Below are positions 57,001 through 64,000 of a DNA stretch of 64,000 nt, one piece after another. Below the pieces are notes generated by a model. That model searched no databases and was not told the DNA's origin. It saw only the letters and a list, made by a program, of their open reading frames with translations. Each line of letters opens with the position of its first letter. Position 1 is the stretch's first letter. Both the position numbers and the translations under genes were made by a program. Source of the stretch: Eledone cirrhosa (taxonomy: Eukaryota); NCBI GenBank assembly GCA_964016885.1, contig OZ024741.1, positions 401,698,001 to 401,762,000 on the forward strand. Reading direction: 5' to 3'.

Positions 57001-60000
57001 GGAGAGGCGTTATGAGGACTGTATACACATATCTCAGTGGTTCTAGGATTGCCCTCTAGTGTAAGCACCAAGATTCTGGGAGAGATTATTTCAATCCCCA
57101 GAAGATTATTGCTGGTTTTAGATGAGAGAAGGCAGCCGACTCCTCCGACGGAGGCATTGACAGGGTTCTTGGTGGCTGAAGAGGTGACAAGTGGGTAGGA
57201 TCCTAGGGTGTGATACTTGAGATCATCCTTTGGGTGGAAAAAGCAGTGTTCTTGGACCGCAAGGATGTCAATGTTCTGAAGTTTGGCATTCTCTGCCAGC
57301 TCCTGGAGTCTACCTGTTGGAAGGAGGGTTCTGGTGTTCAAGGAGCTAACTATTATTTGCTTTTTACAGCTAACTAAGCAAGATTTGCTTGTTGTTTGGT
57401 TAGGACCTGTTTCTTCTCCATCAGATGAACCCCGCCCCTTGAGATTTGAGGATTCATCATCATTCGATGCCTTTGTAGGTGCATTATGATCAGAAACAGG
57501 ACCTGGGAAAGCAGGGGCTGGACCTATATCAACAGGTATACCATATAGTGTGGTTCCCTGAGGAACAGGAACCCTGGTGCAGTTAGTTGTGAAATCCATC
57601 ATCTTTTCAAATAGCTAATAATGTGTGTGGGCACCACTACTACACACACATGTGAAAGAATTTGACAGCCAAGTCTTGAAGAAGGTGCTTTCTCCTCTGT
57701 GTGGTGGGTTACCCGGCACCAGATACCAACCTGGTATTTATACCCTCACCCTAATTGTTCGTGTTGCAAGCACTAGAGTAGTTGCTAACCAAAGCTACGG
57801 ACCCACTCTATCCGTCTGGAGATACGTTGTACTAGCTTACCAGCATACTAGTAGCAGGCAGTTGACTTTTCCGGCACTGCAGCGCCTTTCGGCGGGCCGT
57901 GCTGGTTTTGGATGGCCATTGACTCCAAGAGCTCTTAAGAGCTCCCAGGAGTTCCTTTGACAGGTTTTATTTTTAGTCCTGCAGGATGTCCAAAGTCACC
58001 CTCCTCACCAAGAAACCTTGGTGGGATTGCCAGTTTAGTCGCCAACGACCCGACCATGAGACAGATTGTACTGGGATACATGTTACCAGTAGCACCAACT
58101 GGTGACCTGACCATGACCAACCTGACCTGACCAACCCTCTACCGATACTGCCAATTCAAAAGATTGTTCAAATGTATTCATTGAATCATTATAAATATAT
58201 TTATTATATTGATACACAGGGGCAGTGGATTAACAGTATTGGCAGAGCATTGAACGAAATGCTTTGCCTTATTTGGGTATGAATTTCTATGTTCCGAGTT
58301 CTATACTCTATTAACACTGCTAGAGAACAAGACCAAAATACTGCAAACCTTTTTGTCCTAACTTATATTAACTCTGTAGGAGACCAACACCAAATGCTGC
58401 AGGCTCTTTTGACCTAAACCATATTAACTCTGCCAATCTGTTGCCATACAAATTTTCAGTTGAAAATGTCAGAACTTGAAGATGTTTTATATCTTTCAAA
58501 TAAACTAAAGCATGTAATAGTAAGGTTTTAATTTATAACTATGTGGTGAAGGTTAATATATACTGTGTGTGTATCATCATCATCATTTTATGTCCGCTTT
58601 TCCCTGCTTGCAAGGGTGGGATGAGTCCTATTCAGCACAGCATCTCTCCACTTGTCACGGTCCTTCGTCATCTCCTCCGTGAGCTTCAGCGATCTGAGGT
58701 CTGCTCTCACCACCTCCGCCCATGTTTTTCGCGGTCTTCCTCTACTGCGTCTTCCTTCTACTGGGATTTCTTGGCACTTCTTTACCCAGGCAGTCATCCT
58801 CCATGCACATCACATGTCCATACCATCTCAGCCTTCTCTCTCGCACAACACAACTATCCCTCTTAAACACAGTTTCTCTCTCAACTCATCTATGCTTGGT
58901 CGTTCACGCACATTGACATTGCACATCCAACAGCATGCTTGCTTCATTTCTCTCCAGCCGTTGCAAATCCTCTGCAGTTGCTGCCCATGTCTCACTACCA
59001 TGCAGCATCGCATACCTCACACAGGCATCATATAACTGGCCTTTCGTGCGCAGGGAGAAACCCTTCTTTGTCAACAGAGGAAGCAGCTCTCTAAACTTCT
59101 TCCAACCCGTCCTTATTCTAGATACTATGACTTCGGAACACCCTCTCCCATATATATATATATTGTATATATGTGTGTGTATGATGGAGACAACAGTCCA
59201 GTATCTTAACATTAAAGCTATTATAATCCCTGTATTGGCAGCTTTTCTTTTTGTTTCTTGTCACCTGAGAGGTTAGCTATAGACATGTCATTAGAATGCG
59301 TCAGGAAAGAATCACTGGACAGATTTTACAAGCCAAAAACCAACTGGCAGGAGACCTAGAGGTAGATCTTGAGCAAGATGGTTGGATAACATCCATGAAC
59401 TTGGCTAGTTCAGTTGGGAATTCAGCTGGATCAGCTGGGGGTGGCTGCTTCTGACAGGACCCACTGGAAGGAGAGTTTGAGGACTCTTCCCCCACGGCTC
59501 TCTCAGGAATAACTGGGTGAAGAAGGAGAAGTAGAAGAAGAAGCTTTGGAGAAAAAATTCAATGCTCATGGCCTCCATGGTTCTTCTGCAACCAAAGATA
59601 TTTATGCCATTAATGTTCTGTTTTAAACTGCTCTAATTCCACTCCTTTTGGATCAGAGGGCTGATACTCTGATTAGGAAGGACTGGATATAGTAGTTATT
59701 GTGGGGTCTTGAAGGGTGAGGAGAGTGGAGATGAGGGAGTTGAGAGTGCCTGAATGGAGGTGGAATAAAACTAGAAAGTTCCAAGGAGTTATCCAATAAC
59801 TAAATATATTTAATTCTCTCATATCAATTAATATTTCTCTTGAAAATATTAATTTTAATGTTTCTTCAATATATCATTTTTTATTTATTTATTTATTTAT
59901 TTATTTACTCAATTTAAATGTCCGTATAGAGTCAGTGGTTCCCTACCTTTTGTGCCCCATGCCCCACCTCAACATCTCATGATCATCAGCTTGACCAGTG

Positions 60001-61487
60001 GTTCCTAACCTTTTGTGCACCATGCCCCACCTCAACATCTCATGGTCATCAGCTTGACCAGTGGTTCCCAACCTTTTGTGCCCCATGCCCCACCTCGACA
60101 TCTCATGGTCATCAGCTTGACCAGTGGTTCCCAACCTTTTATGCACCATGCCCCACCTCAACATCTCATGGTCATCAGCTTGACCAGTGGTTCCCAACCT
60201 TTTGTGCCCCATGCCCCACCTCAACATCTCATGGTCATCAGCTTGACCAGTGGTTCCCAACCTTTTGTGCACCATGCCCCATCTCAAACATTGTTATTCT
60301 CCACTTTGATATAAAAGCAATGATGATCAACTACAAACTTTAACCCTTTAGCATTTAAACCGGCCATATCCGGCCAGAACTCTCTCACCTCTTTCGGTCC
60401 AAACTGGCATAACTGGCCACTTATACTGATGTTAAGGTATTGTTCTCAAAATAAATAATATCAAAATCTCATGGATGCAATATTATGTGAGATAATTATA
60501 TGAGATAAAGTGTTTGCTGTGAAAATATATTAGTATATAAAGTAATGTGAATGCTAAAGGGTTAAACAAATTGGTGTATAGGGGATACCAGATGTGCAAT
60601 AACATGTGTGGAGGAGGTGAGACAGGACTTTCCAAAAGTAATTTGTTCCAAAGTTGTTTTGGTGTAAAAGTAAAAAAGTAAAACCTGAGGTTTGCTCTTA
60701 TTAACACCATTTTCCAATTGCCCCCCTTGAATATTCAAATTGCTCCCCTGTTGGGAATCACTGGTATAGAGCTAGTAAACCATGCCAGACTAAGGGAAGT
60801 GTCTAGAACTTCTTACAGTTGAGAAATAAAAAAAAAGATATACAGAGATAAGTGAATATAAAAATAAAGTTTAAAAAATAAAAATAAAAATAGAGAAGGC
60901 CAACAAGAAGCAAAATAAACATTAAAAAATATCAAGAAAAAATGGTAAACAAGGGAAGCTGTAAAGAAGCTAGAAGGTTCTGTTGTTGAATCTTTTTGTA
61001 ACCTCCATGTTAACAAATATATTGTTTATAGTTGGTAGATCTTTTACAATATATTGTATCTCCAATCTTGGTAGATTTTTAATGATCAGCTTCAGGATGT
61101 TTAGTTTGTTAATATAGGTATAATATAATGTTTAAAGGTTTAGTTATAGATAATTGTGTTAAACATTCTGTTATAACTGAGTAATTATTTTCTGTGTGGT
61201 AGGTCATGGCTGGTTTACATTTGTTTATAGTCGGTAGATCTTTTACAATATATTGTATCTCTAATCTTGATAGTTTTTTAATGATCAGTTTCTGAATAGA
61301 GACAAAGTTAAATGCCATCTTTTTCTTCCTCCATAGATTACAAATCACCTGCGTAACAATAAACCAGATGATATTATCAAGATTCCATATGGTACCACTA
61401 TCAACAGGATACAATTAATATTTTATTCTGAAAAACTAGATTGCCAGATATCTGTAACAATATCAATTATGGGCTGTTTTATATCAC
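2894..61487 (+). CDS. Multi-exon gene (partial, 25 exons): tandem divergent discoidin/FA58C-like domains joined by Thr-rich linkers
   Basis: Repeated exons of constant length (251/151/33 nt), each with a pyrimidine-rich tract plus AG acceptor and a GT donor; phases 1-0, 0-1, 1-1 join in frame. N-terminal C..DGL...I....IKTSS, GWKP and C-terminal SVMGC resemble the FA58C pattern (recognised by eye). Confidence 0.9.
3653..3685 (+). CDS. Micro-exon C1 (KSTTEAATTAT linker)
   Basis: ctctctag|AATCTACA ... TACAG|gtatg, 33 nt. Confidence 0.88.
4016..4198 (+). mobile_element. tRNA-derived SINE (other copies, minus strand, at about 9926-10111, 54286-54450 plus 58131-58157, and 62145-62325)
   Basis: A/B-box-like head (TGGCAG..TGG; GAGTTCAAATCC) and shared 3' part AAAGTACCAGTAAT...CTTGTGCC..AAGTA. 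Confidence 0.7.
4200..5558 (+). mobile_element. 5'-truncated RTE-clade LINE with frameshifted RT C-terminus
   Basis: WELLYADD, YLG, HGSETW, GRPRKTW motifs; (TGA)n tail. Confidence 0.92.
6026..7721 (-). mobile_element. Internally deleted Helitron carrying a PIF1 helicase fragment (6508-6978)
   Basis: Minus strand starts TC, ends with a GC hairpin then CTAG, inserted between A and T; QFPLRVAFAMSINKSQGQT and FSHGQFYVACSRV motifs. Confidence 0.88.
8364..8614 (+). CDS. Exon A1 (ESWCVFNDGLADASLIRSWDIKTSS...KFDVILSDGQ)
   Basis: aatacag|AGTCTTGG ... GGACAG|gtaaat, 251 nt. Confidence 0.9.
9308..9504. mobile_element. Tc1/mariner-like MITE; a second copy at about 38602-41035 is split by an LTR element
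   Basis: TA-flanked imperfect TIRs GAGGGTC..AAAAGTTCA / TGAACTT..CTGA; two homologous copies. Confidence 0.6.
10444..10594 (+). CDS. Exon B2
   Basis: cag|AATACC ... TCAA|gtaagt, 151 nt. Confidence 0.9.
10609..10820. repeat. 25-bp minisatellite (TTTAACAAACATACATTTCACAATA); shorter arrays follow B1 and B4
   Basis: Visible 25-nt period. Confidence 0.9.
11042..11160 (+). mobile_element. Second tRNA-derived SINE family (also about 32699-32837 and 53672-53812)
   Basis: GCTTAGTGGTTAG A-box, GTTCAATTC B-box, shared downstream CACTT.ATTTCA.GTTGC core. Confidence 0.7.
11699..11731 (+). CDS. Micro-exon C2 (KSTTEAATTAT)
   Basis: ttctag|AATC ... ACAG|gtatg. Confidence 0.88.
13005..13255 (+). CDS. Exon A2
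   Basis: 251 nt, AG/GT boundaries, near-identical to A1. Confidence 0.9.
13577..14062 (+). mobile_element. Non-autonomous Helitron
   Basis: Starts TC after A; 3' hairpin; near-identical to 36437-36910. Confidence 0.75.
14220..14370 (+). CDS. Exon B3 (HTKHIRNKG...)
   Basis: tttttacag|CATACC ... TCAA|gtaagt. Confidence 0.9.
14770..15007. repeat. AT-rich minisatellite (TAGTATTACCAATACAGTAATACA...) continuing at 16605-16738 and 20375-20575
   Basis: Same unit on both sides of two LINE insertions. Confidence 0.85.
15008..16606 (+). mobile_element. 5'-truncated RTE LINE with intact 3' RT frame (15072-16214)
   Basis: VHQGSVLSP, YADD motifs; (TGA)n tail. Confidence 0.95.
16740..20374 (+). mobile_element. 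Near full-length RTE LINE (5' UTR, APE, RT) with two internal deletions
   Basis: APE motifs IQETRW, GDLNGHVG, SQVDY; RT motifs FVDLEK, YADD; (TGA)n tail. Confidence 0.93.
20766..20798 (+). CDS. Micro-exon C3 (KSTTAAATTAT)
   Basis: ttctag|AATC ... ACAG|gtatg. Confidence 0.88.
21514..22393 (+). mobile_element. 5'-truncated RTE LINE of a second family
   Basis: FADD, YLG, YGSETW motifs; (TAGA)n tail; TSD ATACTGATAACAT at 21501-21513 and 22394-22406. Confidence 0.92.
23097..23347 (+). CDS. Exon A3
   Basis: 251 nt, AG/GT boundaries. Confidence 0.9.
24400..24764 (+). mobile_element. RTE 3' end fragment (others at about 9060-9207, 43340-43568 and 45020-45487)
   Basis: Matches the 3' UTR at 51030-51382; (TGA)n tail. 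Confidence 0.85.
25043..25193 (+). CDS. Exon B4 (NTKHVLNKG...)
   Basis: 151 nt, AG/GT boundaries. Confidence 0.9.
25788..25820 (+). CDS. Micro-exon C4 (RSTTEAATTAT)
   Basis: ttctag|GATC ... ACAG|gtatg. Confidence 0.88.
26800..28089 (-). mobile_element. RTE LINE fragment: APE/linker/RT start joined directly to the 3' UTR tip
   Basis: ORF 26980-28065 matches the 17403-19986 element; (CAT)n at the left end; (TA)n on both sides. Confidence 0.9.
28102..29490 (+). mobile_element. Penelope-like element: degenerate RT C-terminus plus GIY-YIG endonuclease, inverted pLTR
   Basis: WYNPPY, CNCR...CPL.GKCL, YIGLT..RFKQR, LN.KSE motifs; about 200-bp inverted repeat 28102-28302 vs 29218-29413. Confidence 0.85.
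29581..29831 (+). CDS. Exon A4
   Basis: 251 nt, AG/GT boundaries. Confidence 0.9.
30070..30220 (+). CDS. Exon B5
   Basis: 151 nt, AG/GT boundaries. Confidence 0.9.
30585..30617 (+). CDS. Micro-exon C5 (KSTIAAAPTAT)
   Basis: ttctag|AATC ... ACAG|gtatg. Confidence 0.88.
30665..31510 (-). mobile_element. Old degenerate RTE fragment
   Basis: Minus-strand remnants of DLEKAF, HQ.SVL, PWELL and KGL.VN..KTKV. Confidence 0.75.
31618..31868 (+). CDS. Exon A5
   Basis: 251 nt, AG/GT boundaries. Confidence 0.9.
32049..32486. repeat. 46-bp minisatellite, about 9.5 copies
   Basis: TTTCCTTCCTTAGAATGGTGTAACCCAGACAAAACCAACCAATATA period. Confidence 0.95.
32919..35782. repeat. Compound minisatellite TAGGTGTGGGCTGT(CA)n, units of about 30 bp
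   Basis: Constant 14-mer with a variable CA tract. Confidence 0.97.
36151..36301 (+). CDS. Exon B6 (NAGNAG acceptor; alternative start 36148)
   Basis: tctacagcag|AATACC ... TCAA|gtaagt. Confidence 0.88.
36437..36910 (+). mobile_element. Non-autonomous Helitron
   Basis: A|TC start, 3' hairpin, CTAG|T end, no TSD; interrupts a local tandem unit. Confidence 0.85.
37384..37416 (+). CDS. Micro-exon C6 (KSTTEAAATAT)
   Basis: ctttag|AATC ... ACAG|gtatg. Confidence 0.88.
37605..37855 (+). CDS. Exon A6
   Basis: 251 nt, AG/GT boundaries. Confidence 0.9.
38309..38459 (+). CDS. Exon B7 (ITKNIPNNGPDY...GCFET)
   Basis: ctacag|ATTACA ... ACAC|gtaagt. Confidence 0.9.
38661..40904 (-). mobile_element. 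Non-autonomous LTR element (LTRs 38661-39074 and 40331-40716, extra partial LTR 40730-40904)
   Basis: 4-bp TSD ACCA; PBS TGGTGACCCCGA (tRNA-Trp-like); purine-rich tract TGGCGGGAGATAA; no coding remnant seen. Confidence 0.85.
41050..41530. repeat. 25-28 bp minisatellite (ATGTCATCTGTAACAGATATGTATC)
   Basis: Visible tandem period. Confidence 0.9.
41623..41655 (+). CDS. Micro-exon C7 (QSTTKAATTAT)
   Basis: ctctag|AATC ... ACAG|gtatg. Confidence 0.88.
43000..43070 (+). ncRNA. Minimal type I hammerhead ribozyme
   Basis: Stem I TATTTTAT/ATAAAATA, CTGATGA core, long stem II, GAAA, palindromic TGCGCA stem III, ATA cleavage triplet. Confidence 0.85.
44196..44446 (+). CDS. Exon A7
   Basis: 251 nt, AG/GT boundaries. 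Confidence 0.9.
45938..46088 (+). CDS. Exon B8 (ITKNIPNNGPDD...GCFET)
   Basis: 151 nt, AG/GT boundaries. Confidence 0.9.
46163..51382 (+). mobile_element. 5'-truncated RTE LINE interrupted by an LTR element
   Basis: RT ORF 46411-48045; frame resumes at 50864; TSD ATTGGTA; (TGA)n tail. Confidence 0.92.
48202..50863 (-). mobile_element. Non-autonomous LTR element (LTRs 48202-48746 and 50330-50863)
   Basis: Near-identical direct repeats; 4-bp TSD CGCT; PBS-like TGGTGACCGACG; purine-rich tract; non-coding interior. Confidence 0.9.
51440..52990 (-). mobile_element. Degenerate RTE-like LINE fragments (related 3' pieces at about 59260-59500 and 61610-61845)
   Basis: Minus-strand remnants such as YRIKWDAL, WFNQEVKNAI and a 3' end resembling GR...RWLDNI. 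Confidence 0.7.
53121..53153 (+). CDS. Micro-exon C8 (QSTTKTTTTTT)
   Basis: ctctag|AATC ... ACAG|gtatg. Confidence 0.88.
53232..53582. repeat. Minisatellite of about 39-44 bp
   Basis: ACTACAGCTCTATGTTACATATATACTATGAGTAATAC units. Confidence 0.88.
54004..54254 (+). CDS. Exon A8
   Basis: 251 nt, AG/GT boundaries. Confidence 0.9.
54451..58130 (-). mobile_element. Full-length RTE-clade LINE inserted into a SINE
   Basis: 10-bp TSD CCAACCCTCT (54441-54450 and 58131-58140); (GAT)n tail; 528-nt 5' UTR. Confidence 0.95.
54459..57602 (-). CDS. LINE ORF, AP endonuclease plus reverse transcriptase (1047 aa, uninterrupted)
   Basis: GDLNA, QIDY, SDH; FVDFSKAFDSV, LQGDTLAP, FADD, YLGS motifs. Confidence 0.95.
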   Translation of the reverse strand: MMDFTTNCTRVPVPQGTTLYGIPVDIGPAPAFPGPVSDHNAPTKASNDDESSNLKGRGSSDGEETGPNQTTSKSCLVSCKKQIIVSSLNTRTLLPTGRLQELAENAKLQNIDILAVQEHCFFHPKDDLKYHTLGSYPLVTSSATKNPVNASVGGVGCLLSSKTSNNLLGIEIISPRILVLTLEGNPRTTEICVYSPHNASPEDEVREFYTTLRTIVEQVPLHNFLIIAGDLNAQLGPDEVKFTYDRVTNRNGEYLKDFMEEFSLFSSNNSFMKTIGRLWTFEYPNQKRAQIDYLIFRKKWRNSIKDSRSYSSFSSVGSDHRVILATINLSLRISKRAEPHPMKRIDWKAVSSNKQLSNSFTLQVYNRFQSLSTSDISDDNIEDVYDCLKQSTEEVALATLPKKKSRSQMKPSASEKVVEARAHLRSISQSHHQSPSQGQKIQLIMAKESLDDAYLNAEADYISGRIDQLSQHYISKHHHLAWKVVKDLSGKNSNSAVRIKGGSAKKRLENWSAHFKNLLGKKARLPDNYQLPSVQVSEPLGINTSPFTMPELKEAIKQLKASKAFGPDNIPTLIWKDEHFHILLLNLCNHTFETNKLPSVWHAAQIIPMPKKGDLSLATNYRGISLMAIAAKIYNKLLLNRLIPFLEPILRNNQNGFRRGRSTLSQILCLCRLIEESQNRNLDLALIFVDFSKAFDSVDRSGMFEILQLYGIPDKIIAAIRAMYTDTKSTVLTPDGETPPFSILAGILQGDTLAPYLFIIVVDYVLRMSVDRIQDRGYQLQPRRSSRYPAKYLTDTDFADDIALISRSLENAESLLKSLEQASNYVGLYLNESKTECVNRCANSPNYPIRTLNGTTVKQVEDYKYLGSYISSSKKDFLTRKGMAWSACNDMHAIWTSQLTNKLKLEILQVTIKPILLYGSETWTLTSQLERRLDGTYTRLLMRVQNLSWKRHPTLSKIYGKLPRASALLKSRRAQFAGHCHRASNEIISTLLFWNPDSSLTRSRKLSFPDVISRDTGISRQDLGAAMGNRGFWGMRVRSIISTVVDE
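58573..59148 (-). mobile_element. RTE 3' fragment
   Basis: GWKKFRELLP, HGSETW, GRPRKTW motifs; (CAT)n tail. Confidence 0.88.
59933..60763. mobile_element. hAT-type MITE with a tandemly amplified 63-bp left end
   Basis: TIR CAGTGGTTCCC / GGGAATCACTG; 8-bp TSD GTATAGAG (59924-59931 and 60764-60771). Confidence 0.78.
60344..60561. mobile_element. piggyBac-like MITE nested in the hAT element; truncated copy at about 62540-62695
   Basis: TTAA|CCCTTTAGCATT ... AATGCTAAAGGG|TTAA. Confidence 0.8.
61337..61487 (+). CDS. Exon B9, the most divergent B (ITNHLRNNKPDD...GCFIS)
   Basis: ccatag|ATTACA ... TCAC|gtaagt, 151 nt. Confidence 0.87.
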
Positions 61488-62695
61488 GTAAGTGTGTCTG
61501 TATTTTGTTTAGCTATAAATATATATTTAAATGCTTGGAGAACACCCTTACCTAGGGTCAAGAATCTTGGGTAATAACCAAAAGAATATGATCACAAATA
61601 CAAGTGGTCGAAATGGGGTTCCTCCGAAGGGACTTTGGAGTAATGTTACTCGATTAAGTGCATAGCTCACCGATTAGAGGGTCAATCCAGGTAGAGTTGC
61701 TACTTCTCTGAATTGAGAGATCACAGCTCTGATACTATAGACATGTGGTTAGAATGTTTCAGAAAGGAATCACTGGACAGATTTTATGGGACAAACCAGC
61801 TGGCAGGAGATCCAGGGGTAGACCTCAAGTAAGATGGTTGGATAGCAATTACATTGTGATATAGATTAATGAAACCAGAATTTTTATTTACTATATACCA
61901 ACAGTATTCTTTTTGTCCTTCTTTGTCATTCTAAACATCTTTCTGAAATATTTTAAATATATAACAAAAACCCCCAAAACATCACATCTATGACATAACA
62001 TGAAAACAAGAGTTTCAAATAAAATAACATTGTTTTTCTTTTACCTGTTGGTTATATATGCCATTTAGTCATGTAAATATTTGGTATTTTATTCACAGCT
62101 GTGTAAATAACATTACTAATTGTTCAGTGAAAATATAAACACATATAATTGTTTCTACTTTTGGCACAAGGCCAGCAATTATTCCAGTGTATTACTGGTA
62201 CTTTATTATATTGACCCCATAAGGATGAAAAGCAAAGTTAACCTCGGCAGGGTTTGAACTCAGACCGTAAAGGGCCGTAACTCTTTGCTGCAAAGCAAAG
62301 TGTCCGACCTTCTACTGATACGGCTAAACACATATAGTAGTTATAATTAACTATTGCTAGGAACCTCACAAATATAACACACCAACATATATGATCAGAG
62401 AGAGAGAGAAAAATAGGGGGGAACAAAAGCAAAAATGACCATCAATTCACCACCAAGTGTGATAATTGGCCACACATTACAAGTGTTAATATTGTAATAT
62501 ATTGTATAAGTCACACAAATTCTGTTGGGAGACATGCTTAACTCTTTAGCATTTAAACCGGCCGTATCCGGCCAAAATTCTCTCACTTCTTTCTGTTCAA
62601 ATTGGCTTTAACTGGCCACTCATACTGATGTTAAAGTATAGTTCTTAAAATAAATAATATGAAAATCGCATAGATTTGATATTATATGAGTTATT

Positions 62696-64000
62696 ATAAT
62701 AATAATAATAATAATGAAATTATTTTGTAAAGTGCTCAGGTGCACTACAACTCGTCAAAGGTGTATGTATAGTACATAGAATAATACACAAATGTCAGAG
62801 AAGTGAATAGTGTATGAGTCATGGTATACATGTGTGTATGTGTATGGAGGGGGAACATTAGTTGTAGTGTTGGCGGATCTCGGGAAGCATGGAGGCCTTA
62901 AAGGATGCAGTGTCTCGACAGCTAACAACTGATGCAGGTAGTTTGTTCCATGCTTCAGCAACTCTGAGCATGAAAAAATGTTTCCGAAAGTCATGGGAAC
63001 TGTGCTGTTTTCTGACTTTGTGGGTATGTCCACGTGTGTTAGACATATGGAAATCAAAAAGGTACTCAGGGTTGTTGTTGGCAAGATGGTTAATAATTTT
63101 GTGGGTGTTTACCAAGTCAGTTGCCAGGCGTCGGAGCTTCAATGTATCCATGCCCAGGGAACTAAGGCGCTCAGAGTATGGTAGATGCCTGATGGAGGGT
63201 ATTCGCTTGGTTGCACGTCTCTGAACAGTTTCCAGGAGGTCAATGTTCTGAGCAAGATAGGGGTTCCAGACTGGTGATGCAAATTCTAAGTGTGGCCGCA
63301 CCATAGCCATGTACAGCCTTAAATAGATATCTGGAGAGCGGCTGACAAAGGTCTTGCTGAGTGATGCTAAGACACCCTCGGCCCTCTTGACAATTTTAGA
63401 GACGTGCTTCGTCCAACGCAAATCGCTGCTGACCGTAATGCCCAGGTCACGTTCACAAGAAGACTTCTTGATATTAGTGCTGTGGAGGGAGTATGTGGAC
63501 GCTGGGTTTTTACTCCCAAAATGCATGGTGGTGCACTTGTCTACAGCTAGCTTGAGTTGCCAGTTTGAGATCCATTGTTGCATTGTGTCCAGGTCAGACT
63601 GCAAGCAAAATCTATAGTGTTCAGGATCTCAAGGTACAGCTTGATGTCGTCTGCATACTTTAGTACCGTGGCATTCTTTAAGTTGGCATCTATGTCATTA
63701 ATATATGCCACAAACAAAAGAGGGCCAAGAACAGATCCCTGTGGTACACCAGATTACATCTCATATGGTGAGGAATGCTGTCCCAGAACCGTGACTACCT
63801 CTCTTCGACTGAGAATGAAGGACTTCAACCAGTTAAAAAGATCATCCTTCATACCCATTGCAGAGAGTTTTGCCTTAAGCCTTTTGTGTGGCACAGAATT
63901 GCAGGCCTTCGCAAAGTCAAGGTAAACAACATCCACCCATGAGCTGCCATCAGTGATCCGGGTGATGTCCTCAAGAAACTCTATAAGTTGATCACAGCAG
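62696..64000 (-). mobile_element. CR1/L2-group LINE, 3' part (continues beyond the window)
   Basis: [51 protein letters not shown] motifs; (TTA)n tail. Confidence 0.9.

Noticed and set aside
59943-60287. 21-aa repeat ORF
   Set aside because: Translation of the 63-bp TIR-derived tandem repeat.

Overview
AT-rich eukaryotic (animal) DNA. The repeat complement resembles an octopus/cephalopod genome, but this is inference only. The window is interior to one large + strand gene that the ORF track does not show. It has 25 GT-AG exons forming a repeated three-exon module: A (251 nt, phase 1-0), B (151 nt, phase 0-1) and micro-exon C (33 nt, phase 1-1). One module is 435 nt = 145 aa. The order is B-C-(A-B-C)x7-A-B, splicing to 3631 nt (about 1210 aa) with no in-frame stop seen. 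Each A+B encodes a divergent discoidin/F5-8 type C (FA58C)-like domain and each C a Thr/Ala-rich linker. Exons are nearly identical between modules, while introns are filled with different transposons: RTE LINEs (one family with a PHD finger inside RT; one full-length copy with a candidate HDV-like ribozyme), a CR1-like LINE, a Penelope-like element, Helitrons, two non-autonomous LTR elements, hAT/piggyBac/mariner MITEs, tRNA-derived SINEs and minisatellites. A well-formed minimal hammerhead ribozyme lies at 43000-43070. Gene start and end are outside the window.
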